From positions 362,844 to 426,843 of the forward strand of contig CAZKXJ010000002.1 in assembly GCA_964556825.1 (NCBI GenBank): DNA of 64,000 nt. Direction: 5' to 3'. This document shows positions 47,943 through 56,556 of the stretch, in pieces (the first letter of the stretch is position 1; each line of letters begins with the position of its first letter). The stretch is from an uncultured Hyphomonas sp. (GTDB taxonomy: Bacteria > Pseudomonadota > Alphaproteobacteria > Caulobacterales > Hyphomonadaceae). The notes under the pieces were generated by a model, which was given only the letters and a program-made list of their open reading frames with translations, was not told where the DNA came from and did not search any database. The position numbers and the translations under genes are program-made.

Positions 47943-49346
47943 ATGAAACTTAACAAGAAACTCCTGGTAAGCGCCGTCGTACTGACTGCGATGCCTTTCG
48001 TGGCTTACGCTGATGGCGAAGCTGGAACCTGGGACAAGGATGCTGTCGGTGAGCGCTACACAGCGACCGGATCGACCAGTGCTGATCGCGTTCTGACCGA
48101 TGCCGAAATCCGCGATATCATCTCGCGCAGCGGCGCAACTGGCCCGGCCGATGTGCGCTACAATGGCGGCTCGGAAACGGCTATTGAATCGAATCTCTGC
48201 TGCGAGAATGTGGAAGAGCGCGTTACCGAGCAGACCGAAGTCGAAGAAACCACCACCTATTTCGACGCTGTTACCCGCCGCGAGATCGTCCAGCCTGTCG
48301 AACGCACGCTGATCCAGCCAATTGAACGCCGTATCGTGCGCGGTCGCACTGAAGACGTGACTGAAGACACGCGTTATGAAGAAGAGCGCCTGCCGGTCCG
48401 CGTTGAGCAACAGCCCGTTCCCGCCGTCACCGAGAATGTCATTCCGCAGGTCACGATTGAAAATGTGACCGAGGAAAGCGAAAGCTATTATGACGTCGTG
48501 ACCCGCCGCGAAATCACGCAACCGATCGAGCGCACCACGATTGTGCCCGTCCAGCGCCGGATCACACGTCCACGCACTGAGACCGTCACCGCAGAAACCC
48601 GCTATGAAACTGTTCGCGCACCGCTTCGCGTAGAAGCCGAGCCGGTTCCGCAAGTTGTTGAAAACGTTACAGAACAGGTCAACGAAGTCACACGCGACGA
48701 GGTCACCGAGACCTATGTTGACGCGGTCACTGAGCGCAATGTCTACCAGCCTGTCGTAAAAACGATGGTCCAGCCCGTCGAGCGACGCATCCTGCGCGGC
48801 ACGACCGAGACCGTCACCAACCCGACCCGCTATGAAGAAGAGCGCCTGCCGGTACGTGTCGAAACTGACTCGGCCCCGCAAATCACTGAAACGGTCATGC
48901 CGAAAGTGACCGAGCGGACCGTTCTTGAGGTTGAAGACGTCTATATCGACCAGATCACACGCAATGTGATCCAGCCGGTTGTGATCACAACGGTACAGCC
49001 CGTCGAGCGACGCATCCTGCGCGGCACGACCGAGACCGTGACCAACCCGACCCGTTATGAAGAAGAGCGTCTTGCAGGTCGCGTCGTTGCTGACCCGATC
49101 CCGCAAACCAAGGTGAACTATATCCCGCAAGTGACGACTGAATCGCGCGAGGAAGTGACCGAGACCTATTTCGATGCTGTCACCCAGCGTGATATTGTGC
49201 AGCCGGTTGTTCGCACGATCATCCAGCCGGTCGAGTATCGCCGTGTCCGCCCACAGGTTGAGCGTGTCACTGCGCCGACCCGCTACGAGACACAGCGCGC
49301 CTCACTGGTGGTGTTGAATGTTGGCGGCGGTTGTAACTGCAACTAG
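47943..49346 (+). CDS. secreted tandem-repeat protein of unknown function (467 aa)
   Basis: Signal peptide MKLNKKLLVSAVVLTAMPFVAYA, then five 71-76-aa tandem units, with a strong terminator downstream. The track start at 47832 is trimmed to ATG 47943. Confidence 0.8.
   Translation: MKLNKKLLVSAVVLTAMPFVAYADGEAGTWDKDAVGERYTATGSTSADRVLTDAEIRDIISRSGATGPADVRYNGGSETAIESNLCCENVEERVTEQTEVEETTTYFDAVTRREIVQPVERTLIQPIERRIVRGRTEDVTEDTRYEEERLPVRVEQQPVPAVTENVIPQVTIENVTEESESYYDVVTRREITQPIERTTIVPVQRRITRPRTETVTAETRYETVRAPLRVEAEPVPQVVENVTEQVNEVTRDEVTETYVDAVTERNVYQPVVKTMVQPVERRILRGTTETVTNPTRYEEERLPVRVETDSAPQITETVMPKVTERTVLEVEDVYIDQITRNVIQPVVITTVQPVERRILRGTTETVTNPTRYEEERLAGRVVADPIPQTKVNYIPQVTTESREEVTETYFDAVTQRDIVQPVVRTIIQPVEYRRVRPQVERVTAPTRYETQRASLVVLNVGGGCNCN
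48222..49343 (+). repeat. five in-frame tandem repeats of about 225-228 bp (unit starts 48222, 48450, 48678, 48906, 49131)
   Basis: My alignment of the translated units gives the consensus V.E....E..(T/S).Y.D.VTR..(I/V).QPV..T..QPVERRI.RG.TE.VT..TRYEEERLPVRVE..P.PQ..E.V.PQ. Confidence 0.85.
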
Positions 49347-49375
49347 GTCCACAACCCCAGACTGAACATGAAGAC

Positions 49376-49405
49376 GGGCCGATGTATCCTGCATCGGCCC
49401 TTTTT
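49376..49405 (+). terminator. rho-independent terminator after the repeat-protein gene
   Basis: Perfect 9-bp stem gggccgatg / catcggccc, 7-nt loop, then ttttt. Confidence 0.85.
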
Positions 49406-49493
49406 CGTGCGCCCGCACGTCGCAACACGGTGTCTACGACTTGCCTAAAGCCGGCACCCATGGTGTTTTGCGCCGCAACAAGGATGGAAAACG

Positions 49494-50891
49494 ATGTCAG
49501 GCAGAACTCTCTACGACAAGATTTGGGATGCACACACGGTTCACACGGATCCGGCCAGCGGCGAGTCCCTTATCTATATTGACCTCCACCTCATCCACGA
49601 GGTCACCACACCGCAAGCCTTCGCAGGCCTGCGGACAGCTGGTCGCAAGGTTCGCCGGCCCGAACTCACCCTGGCAGTCGCTGATCACAACACACCAACC
49701 GAGAATCAGGCGCTCGGGCTTGAGGGCGTTAAAGATGAAGCTGCACGCAACCAGCTTGCGGCGCTGACGCGAAATGTAGCCGAACACGGCATAGAATTCT
49801 TTCCGATGGGCGATCTGCGGAATGGAATCGTGCATGTCGTGGGTCCAGAACAAGGACGCTCTCAGCCCGGCATGACGATTGTCTGCGGCGACAGCCACAC
49901 CTCGACGCATGGCGCATTTGGCGCGCTCGCGCACGGTATAGGCACGTCGGAAGTCGAGCATGTGCTGGCCACCCAGACCCTGCGGGCCCGCAAATCGAAG
50001 AATATGGCGATCGAAATTAGCGGCGAACTGAGAGAAGATGTCAGCGCGAAAGACCTCGCGCTTCATATTATTTCGCGCATCGGAACAGCCGGCGGGACGG
50101 GTTATGTGATCGAGTATCGCGGCACAGCTGTCGAAAAGCTGTCCATGGAGAGCCGCATGACCCTCTGTAATCTGTCGATTGAAGGGGGCGCCCGCGCCGG
50201 GCTGATCGCGCCAGACGACACGACGTTTGCATATATGAAAGGCCGGCCGGCCGCTCCGAAGGGCGGGGCGTGGGAAATGGCCGAGAAACTGTGGCGCTCG
50301 CTCTATTCTGATCCCGACGCCCAGTGGGACAGCGTGATCGAGATCCGCGGTGAGGATGTCGAACCGACCGTCAGCTGGGGGACGAGCCCGGAACAGGCGA
50401 TAGCCCTGTCGGCCAATGTTCCCGACCCGGCCGACATCCGCGACCCGGTCAAGAAAGCCGCAGCAGAGCGTGCGCTCGATTATATGGATTTGAAGCCAGG
50501 CGCACCGATTGCAGGCACACCCGTGCAGCGTGTGTTTATTGGATCCTGCACCAATTCCCGGATAGAGGATCTGCGGGCGGCGGCCAGGATTGCTGCCAAT
50601 GCGCATGTATCAGACGGCGTTCGCGCCATGGTCGTGCCAGGCTCCGGCCTTGTCCGCGCGCAGGCCGAAGCTGAAGGGCTGGACAAGATCTTTATTGAGG
50701 CCGGATTCGAATGGCGCGAACCCGGATGCTCCATGTGTCTCGGGATGAATCCGGACACGCTGGCCCCTGGTGAGCGTTGCGCATCAACTTCCAACCGGAA
50801 TTTTGAGGGCCGACAGGGGCGTGGCGGCCGCACGCACCTGATGAGCCCGGCCCTTGCCGCGCGCGCTGCCATTACCGGCGTGATCGGTTAA
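49494..50891 (+). CDS. leuC: 3-isopropylmalate dehydratase large subunit
   Basis: [14 protein letters not shown]-terminus and aconitase-family Cys ligands ([19 protein letters not shown]). Confidence 0.97.
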   Translation: MSGRTLYDKIWDAHTVHTDPASGESLIYIDLHLIHEVTTPQAFAGLRTAGRKVRRPELTLAVADHNTPTENQALGLEGVKDEAARNQLAALTRNVAEHGIEFFPMGDLRNGIVHVVGPEQGRSQPGMTIVCGDSHTSTHGAFGALAHGIGTSEVEHVLATQTLRARKSKNMAIEISGELREDVSAKDLALHIISRIGTAGGTGYVIEYRGTAVEKLSMESRMTLCNLSIEGGARAGLIAPDDTTFAYMKGRPAAPKGGAWEMAEKLWRSLYSDPDAQWDSVIEIRGEDVEPTVSWGTSPEQAIALSANVPDPADIRDPVKKAAAERALDYMDLKPGAPIAGTPVQRVFIGSCTNSRIEDLRAAARIAANAHVSDGVRAMVVPGSGLVRAQAEAEGLDKIFIEAGFEWREPGCSMCLGMNPDTLAPGERCASTSNRNFEGRQGRGGRTHLMSPALAARAAITGVIG

Positions 50892-50904
50892 AGGGCGTCA
50901 TACA

Positions 50905-51747
50905 TTGATTACCGGACTCGATCATATCGTATTGGTCTGCCCGGATATCGAAGCCGGCATTTCCGCGTATGAAGCCCTGCTCGGGCGATCGCCGGATTGG
51001 CGGGCCTCGTCTGATGGCACAGCGACCGCCCTGTTTCGCGTCGAGAACACCGCGCTGGAATTGTTGGCACCAGACGGCCGCAGCGAAATGGCAACCAGGT
51101 TGCGGGCGATCCTGGATGAACGCGGACCGGGACTGACCAGCCTCGCCTTTTCGTGCAGCGATATCGAGGCCACGCACCACAAACTGGCCCGGCGCGGCCT
51201 CAATCCGGACGCTGTTTCACGCGGCGCCAGCACCGGCAGCGACACTGGTGAAACCAGAACGTGGAAGCGCTTTCGGTGTGACGACAAGGCCATGGCAGGC
51301 ATCAAGACCTTCATCATAGAGCCAGACGCCATCTTGCCACCAACCGCCCCGCCTAATAGCTCAGTTTCGAAACTGGACCATATTGTCGTGGCCACCCCTA
51401 ACCCCGATCGCGCGCTCGGCCTCTATGGGGCCAAGCTGGGTCTTGATCTTGCACTCGATCGCACGCGTGAAGAGTGGAAGACACGTTTCCTGTTTTTCCG
51501 CACCGGCGGTCTGACCTTCGAAATTATCCATCGTCTCGATATGCAACATGATGTGACAGGCCCCGATACTATCTGGGGCCTGACATGGGCTGTTGATGAT
51601 ATCGACGCGGCCCATGCACGGCTCGACGGTGCAGGTCTCGAGATTTCAGACCTTCGCGATGGCCGCAAACCCGGCTCGAAAGTCTTCACTGTCAAAAATG
51701 GTACGCTCGACGTGCCAACCCTGTTCATTTCCCACACGCCACGCTAA
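50905..51747 (+). CDS. two-domain VOC (glyoxalase-like) family protein
   Basis: The GLDHIVLVCPDIEAGISAY and KLDHIVVATPNPDRALGLY modules are duplicated. TTG start. It sits between leuC and leuD with 13- and 9-nt gaps. Confidence 0.78.
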   Translation: MITGLDHIVLVCPDIEAGISAYEALLGRSPDWRASSDGTATALFRVENTALELLAPDGRSEMATRLRAILDERGPGLTSLAFSCSDIEATHHKLARRGLNPDAVSRGASTGSDTGETRTWKRFRCDDKAMAGIKTFIIEPDAILPPTAPPNSSVSKLDHIVVATPNPDRALGLYGAKLGLDLALDRTREEWKTRFLFFRTGGLTFEIIHRLDMQHDVTGPDTIWGLTWAVDDIDAAHARLDGAGLEISDLRDGRKPGSKVFTVKNGTLDVPTLFISHTPR

Positions 51748-51756
51748 GACCTGCCC

Positions 51757-52389
51757 ATGAAAGCCTTTACGATCCTAAATTCGACCGCTGCCGCCCTTAC
51801 GGACAATGACCGGTTGATGGCCAATGTCGACACAGACATGATCATCCCGAAACAGTTCCTGAAAACGACCGAGCGCGAAGGCCTTTCGGCAGGTCTGTTT
51901 TACGAACTCAAAACCCTCTCAGATGGCCGCCCCGATCCGGACTTCGTGTTGAACAAACCGGCATTTTCCTCGGCCGGCATACTTATCGCCGGTGAGAATT
52001 TTGGCTGCGGGTCTTCCCGCGAGCATGCCCCCTGGGCCTTGCTGGACCAGGGTATCACCTGCGTGATCGCGCCAAGCTTTGCTGATATTTTCCACAATAA
52101 CTGCTACAAGAACGGCATCCTGCCGATCGTCCTGCCATTTGACATCTGCGAAGCGCTGGCTGCCCAGGCCGGTGGGGCAAATCACCAATTCACCGTCAAT
52201 CTCGCGGCCCAGACGATTACCACGCCAGACGGGCAAACCATCAGCTTTGAAGTTGATGAAGGCCGCAAGGCAAGCCTGCTGGAAGGCCTGGACGAAATCG
52301 GCCAGACCCTCACGGCAGAAGCGCGCATCGGCGAATTTGAATCCGGCCGGTCCTTGTCCATGCCCTGGCTCGCTGGCCACGCCGCCTGA
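51757..52389 (+). CDS. leuD: 3-isopropylmalate dehydratase small subunit
   Basis: GENFGCGSSREHAPWAL signature; 210 aa. Confidence 0.95.
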   Translation: MKAFTILNSTAAALTDNDRLMANVDTDMIIPKQFLKTTEREGLSAGLFYELKTLSDGRPDPDFVLNKPAFSSAGILIAGENFGCGSSREHAPWALLDQGITCVIAPSFADIFHNNCYKNGILPIVLPFDICEALAAQAGGANHQFTVNLAAQTITTPDGQTISFEVDEGRKASLLEGLDEIGQTLTAEARIGEFESGRSLSMPWLAGHAA

Positions 52390-52399
52390 GGAGACACGT

Positions 52400-52534
52400 A
52401 TGAGAAAACTCACTTGCCTGTTGCTGGCCTTGGGTCTGGTCACCACCGCCTGCGCGCTCGACCCCTATTCGACCCAACCAGAAGTCGATATTGACCCCGA
52501 CAAGATTGACCAGCCCGTTCCGGAAGACATGTAG
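52400..52534 (+). CDS. 44-aa putative lipoprotein (MRKLTCLLLALGLVTTAC...)
   Basis: It forms the tail of the 151-aa track ORF. ATG 52400 is preceded by GAGGAG. It has a clean signal plus lipobox (LVTTAC) and an acidic, Pro-rich mature peptide of 26 aa. Confidence 0.5.
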   Translation: MRKLTCLLLALGLVTTACALDPYSTQPEVDIDPDKIDQPVPEDM

Positions 52535-52583
52535 TCGCGGGCAAACTGTAGACAGACAGGCAATCGCGCGCCATTAGCACCTC

Positions 52584-53639
52584 ATGACGCAGACACTTCT
52601 CCTTCTTCCCGGCGACGGCATCGGCCCCGAAGTCATCGCTGAAGCCCGACGTGTGGCCGAACTGGTCGCGCCCGATATCACCTTCAGTGAAGACCTTGTT
52701 GGCGGCGCCGCGCTCGATGCGCATGGCGAACCACTTTCAGCTGAGACATTATCCCGGGCGGCCAAATGCGACGCAGTGTTGCTGGGTGCTGTTGGCGGAC
52801 CCAAATGGTCGGGCGTTGCGCGCGACAAACGTCCCGAGGCTGGCCTTCTGGCCCTTCGCAAAGGCCTCGATGTCTTTGCAAACCTGCGTCCGGCCTATTG
52901 CTTCGACGCCCTTGTCGGCGCCTCCAGCCTGAAGCGCGAAATTGTCGAAGGCCTCGACCTGATGATCGTGCGCGAACTGACGTCAGGTGTTTATTTTGGC
53001 ACGCCGCGCGGCATTGACGTCGATGAGAAGGGCACGCGCCGGGGCTATGACACCTCGATCTACACCGCTCCGGAAATCGAACGCGTCACCCGTGTCGCCT
53101 TCGAGATCGCACGCGGACGCGGCGGACGCCTCTGCTCTGTCGAGAAATCGAACGTCATGGAAACCGGCCTTTTCTGGCGCAATGAAGTCACCGCGCTACA
53201 CGCTGCCCATGGTGAAGGCGTCGAGCTTAGCCACATGTATGCAGACGCCTGCGCGATGGAGCTGGTGCGTCAGCCCAAGCAGTTTGATGTTATTCTCGCG
53301 GGCAATCTGTTCGGTGACATCCTGTCCGACGCAGCGGCCATGCTGACCGGTTCGATCGGCATGCTGCCATCGGCCAGCCTCGGCGTTGAGGGCACGCCCG
53401 GCCTGTTTGAGCCGGTACACGGGTCCGCCCCCGATATTGCAGGCCAGGGCATTGCCAATCCATGCGCGGCGATCCTGTCACTGGAAATGGCGCTACGCTG
53501 GTCGCTTGCCCGGCCCGCAGCCGCTGACCGTGTGATGAACGCTGTCTCCGGTGCCCTCAAGGCGGGCGCCCGCACGAAAGACCTCGGCGGTAATCTGTCG
53601 ACCTCGGCCATGGCGGACGCAATTATAGATTGCCTGTAG
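52584..53639 (+). CDS. leuB: 3-isopropylmalate dehydrogenase
   Basis: [14 protein letters not shown]-terminus and the NLFGDILSD signature. Confidence 0.97.
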   Translation: MTQTLLLLPGDGIGPEVIAEARRVAELVAPDITFSEDLVGGAALDAHGEPLSAETLSRAAKCDAVLLGAVGGPKWSGVARDKRPEAGLLALRKGLDVFANLRPAYCFDALVGASSLKREIVEGLDLMIVRELTSGVYFGTPRGIDVDEKGTRRGYDTSIYTAPEIERVTRVAFEIARGRGGRLCSVEKSNVMETGLFWRNEVTALHAAHGEGVELSHMYADACAMELVRQPKQFDVILAGNLFGDILSDAAAMLTGSIGMLPSASLGVEGTPGLFEPVHGSAPDIAGQGIANPCAAILSLEMALRWSLARPAAADRVMNAVSGALKAGARTKDLGGNLSTSAMADAIIDCL

Positions 53640-53649
53640 CGCGCCGCGT

Positions 53650-54033
53650 CTAGCTGTAGTCAGCGATCCGCGACATAAGTTGCCCGCGAAACTCGAAGAA
53701 ACTGGCGCCGCGCACCTTGATGGTTTCGCCAGCTTTCACGCCGTTCGGCAGGTCGACCGCAGCCTTGCCCTCGAACTCGATCTCGGCGGCAGCCTTGCCC
53801 GGGCCAATCACCAGGCTGACCAGTTTCTGGCGGCGATACGAAAATGCATTGCCGGAAAGCTCGGCAACTTCGCCCATCTTGTCTCGGCCTTCGAACATCA
53901 TCGTCTGGCCGCTATTGGAAATATTCTCGAAAACCACGTCTTCGGTGACGCAGTCGAGCATCCCTTCTATGTCTCGGGAGTTGTAGCTCTTGATGTATTT
54001 CGAGATCATGTCTTCGATCAGGATCATCTCCAT
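53650..54033 (-). CDS. NTF2-like / SnoaL-like fold protein
   Basis: 127 aa. N-terminal I..Y...YN..D.EGML.C...DVVFEN is typical of the SnoaL/ketosteroid-isomerase-like family. Confidence 0.72.
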   Translation of the reverse strand: MEMILIEDMISKYIKSYNSRDIEGMLDCVTEDVVFENISNSGQTMMFEGRDKMGEVAELSGNAFSYRRQKLVSLVIGPGKAAAEIEFEGKAAVDLPNGVKAGETIKVRGASFFEFRGQLMSRIADYS

Positions 54034-54216
54034 CGGTCATGTGTTGCAGGCCATGCACTCAACTTCCCGCGAAAGTGCATTACATGATGATGAAATCAAG
54101 CCTTGTACTGTGGCGCAGCCAACTTCTCTCATCTGGCTGCTGCCCGGGCTTTCGCCATAGGATTGGAAGCGGCCCGGCCACCAAACGGTCGCGCGCTTCG
54201 TGAAAGGAAAAAATAT

Positions 54217-55251
54217 ATGTCTCTTAGAGTAGCGATTGTCGGTGCGACCGGGAATGTCGGACGCGAGCTTCTGAACATCATGGATGAGCGCGATTTCCCG
54301 GCTGACCAGGTCTTCGCCGTCGCCTCGCGGCGTTCGCTTGGCCGTGAAGTTAGCTATGGCGACAAGACGCTGAAATGCGCCACACTCGAGGATTTCGATT
54401 TTGCGAAAGTCGACGTCGTACTGATGTCTGCCGGCGGGACCATCTCGAAGGAATGGTCGCCAAAAATCGCGGCCAAAGGGGCCATCGTCATCGACAACTC
54501 CTCAGCCTGGCGGATGGACCCGGATGTCCCCCTCGTCGTGCCGGAAGTGAACGGTGCGGCCGTTATGGGCTATGCCAAGAAGAATATCATCGCCAATCCG
54601 AACTGTTCGACAGCCCAGCTTGTCATGGCCCTGAAGCCGATTCACGACGCTGCTGGCATCAAGCGCGCCGTGGTCTCAACCTACCAGTCAGTTTCCGGCG
54701 CCGGCAAGAACGGCATGGACGAGCTGTGGAACCAGACCAAGGGCATCTTTGTGAATGACAAGCCGACTCCGGATGAATTCTCCCGGCAGATCGCATTCAA
54801 CACGATCCCGGTGATTGGCTCCTTCATGGCCGACGGGTTCACCGACGAAGAAGCAAAGATGTGGAATGAAACCCACAAGATGATCGATCCGAACATCAAG
54901 CTGACCGTGACCTGCGTGCGGGTGCCGGTCTTTGTCGGCCACGCGGAAACGGTCAATCTCGAACTCGAAGACGAGCTGTCGCCTGACGATGCCCGCGAGG
55001 TCTTGCGTAATTTTGACGGCGTCCAGGTCATCGACAACCCGGAAGAAGACCAGTTTGCCACGCCGATCGATTGTGCCGGCGAGTGGGATACATTCGTCTC
55101 CCGCATCCGGCGCGACCCGACAGTTGAGCATGGCCTGTCAATGTGGGTCGTGGCCGACAATTTGCGCAAGGGCGCAGCCCTTAATGCTGTCCAGATCGCA
55201 GAAGAACTGATCAAGCGCGGCGTGTTGAAACCGGAAAGCGTCAGTGCCTGA
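54217..55251 (+). CDS. asd: aspartate-semialdehyde dehydrogenase
   Basis: VAIVGATGNVGRE and active-site NPNCSTAQL; 344 aa. The start is trimmed from TTG 54103 to ATG 54217 (AAAGGAAAA upstream). Confidence 0.96.
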   Translation: MSLRVAIVGATGNVGRELLNIMDERDFPADQVFAVASRRSLGREVSYGDKTLKCATLEDFDFAKVDVVLMSAGGTISKEWSPKIAAKGAIVIDNSSAWRMDPDVPLVVPEVNGAAVMGYAKKNIIANPNCSTAQLVMALKPIHDAAGIKRAVVSTYQSVSGAGKNGMDELWNQTKGIFVNDKPTPDEFSRQIAFNTIPVIGSFMADGFTDEEAKMWNETHKMIDPNIKLTVTCVRVPVFVGHAETVNLELEDELSPDDAREVLRNFDGVQVIDNPEEDQFATPIDCAGEWDTFVSRIRRDPTVEHGLSMWVVADNLRKGAALNAVQIAEELIKRGVLKPESVSA

Positions 55252-55274
55252 TCGCTCGGGAAAATCGATAATTG

Positions 55275-55305
55275 AACGCCGCCTCCTCACGGGGCGGCGT
55301 TTTTC
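55275..55305 (+). terminator. rho-independent terminator after asd
   Basis: Perfect 9-bp stem aacgccgcc / ggcggcgtt, 9-nt loop, then a T-run. Confidence 0.8.
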
Positions 55306-55390
55306 AAATCCCGCTGAGCTTTTCTAAAGAGTTCGTCTTTGCCGCATTATTCAGGTGGCAAGGTCGCAAGACCCGCATTACCTGCGGCGC

Positions 55391-56302
55391 ATGTCGTCCG
55401 AACTTCGCCTTGGATTTCTCAGCGCCTTTGGCGCTTACCTGCTCTGGGGCGGCCTGCCGCTCTACTTTCGGGCAATCGACCATATCGCACCGGAAGAAAT
55501 CCTGGCCCACCGGATACTCTGGGGGCTTCCTACCGCCCTTCTTTTCATAGCAGCGGCGACACGCTGGAAAGAGCTTCGCGGCGCGCTGACTCGGCGCAGG
55601 ATCGGCTATCTCGCCATTTCGGCAACGCTCATCGCGGTCAATTGGCTGGTTTATATCTGGGCAGTCTCGGTCGAACGCGTCACCGAAGCCAGCCTTGGCT
55701 ATTTCATAAACCCGCTGGTCAGCGTCCTTATTGGTATGGTGTTTTTCTCCGAAACACTGCGCAGGGCGCAATGGGTCGCGATCGCCATCGCCGCGATTGG
55801 TGTGGGCGTCCTCACATGGGAACTCGGCCGGCTCCCCTGGGTCTCGCTGGCGCTCTGCTTCAGTTTCGCGACCTATGGCGCTGTTCGCAAGAAAGTTGCT
55901 GTCGACAGCCGCGTCGGGTTTGCCATTGAAACCGCCATTCTCTTTCCCGTCGCGCTGATCTGGTTGAGCTGGTTTCAGACCACGCCAAGCGGGAGCTGGC
56001 TGGGTGATGGCGGCTGGGACTGGGTTGCGCTTCCGCTGCTCGGGCCGATCACAGCCGTCCCGCTCATCCTCTTCGCCCTGGCCGCAAAACGCCTGAAGCT
56101 CGCAACCATCGGCATGATGCAATACCTGACGCCGACCCTGCAGTTCCTCATCGCCATACTTGTCTTCCGGGAGCCCTTCGGACTGGTCGACGCGATTGCC
56201 TTTGGATTTATCTGGACGGCGCTCATCATCTTCACAACCGATAGCGTCCTCGGCGACCGCAAGGCCAAGCGGCTCGCCCGAGCGGCCCAGCTCGCGGAGT
56301 AG
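55391..56302 (+). CDS. rarD: EamA/RarD-family transporter
   Basis: N-terminal GFLSAFGAYLLWGGLPLYF and about 10 TM segments. The start is trimmed to ATG 55391. Confidence 0.83.
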   Translation: MSSELRLGFLSAFGAYLLWGGLPLYFRAIDHIAPEEILAHRILWGLPTALLFIAAATRWKELRGALTRRRIGYLAISATLIAVNWLVYIWAVSVERVTEASLGYFINPLVSVLIGMVFFSETLRRAQWVAIAIAAIGVGVLTWELGRLPWVSLALCFSFATYGAVRKKVAVDSRVGFAIETAILFPVALIWLSWFQTTPSGSWLGDGGWDWVALPLLGPITAVPLILFALAAKRLKLATIGMMQYLTPTLQFLIAILVFREPFGLVDAIAFGFIWTALIIFTTDSVLGDRKAKRLARAAQLAE

Positions 56303-56304
56303 GC

Positions 56305-56342
56305 AAAAAAATGCCCCGGCGCCTGGAGTGCGCACCGGGGCA
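56305..56342 (-). terminator. intrinsic terminator oriented for minus-strand transcription
   Basis: Hairpin tgccccggcgc...gcgcaccggggca (one mismatch). The only U-tract is on the minus strand (plus-strand aaaaaaa at 56305-56311). It is about 215 nt downstream of the minus-strand serine-hydrolase stop. Confidence 0.5.
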
Positions 56343-56556
56343 GTTAACTGCATAGATGAAATTGGGAGCCAAATTCCCGTTACACCTAGCAAACACCATG
56401 CCAGCTCGCCTTACAAGCGAAATTATACTTAAACTAGAAATTAGATGGCTTTTTCACCGGTTTAGACCGGCGCACCACAAGTGCACTTCTGGTGCACCGC
56501 TAGTGTACTGTTACTAGACTCCTGCTGCACCGTGGAACACCCGGAATATCCCCTGA

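Noticed and set aside
47826-49130. 434-aa minus-strand repetitive ORF
   Set aside because: It is antisense to the tandem-repeat gene. The plus frame has a signal peptide, an SD-compatible ATG and a downstream terminator, and the minus frame has none of these.
49497-50606. 369-aa minus-strand ORF
   Set aside because: Antisense shadow of leuC.
55304-56392. 362-aa minus-strand ORF
   Set aside because: GC-shadow ORF antisense to rarD, with an Arg/Gly/Pro/Asp-rich composition. The plus frame has a clear 10-TM EamA pattern.
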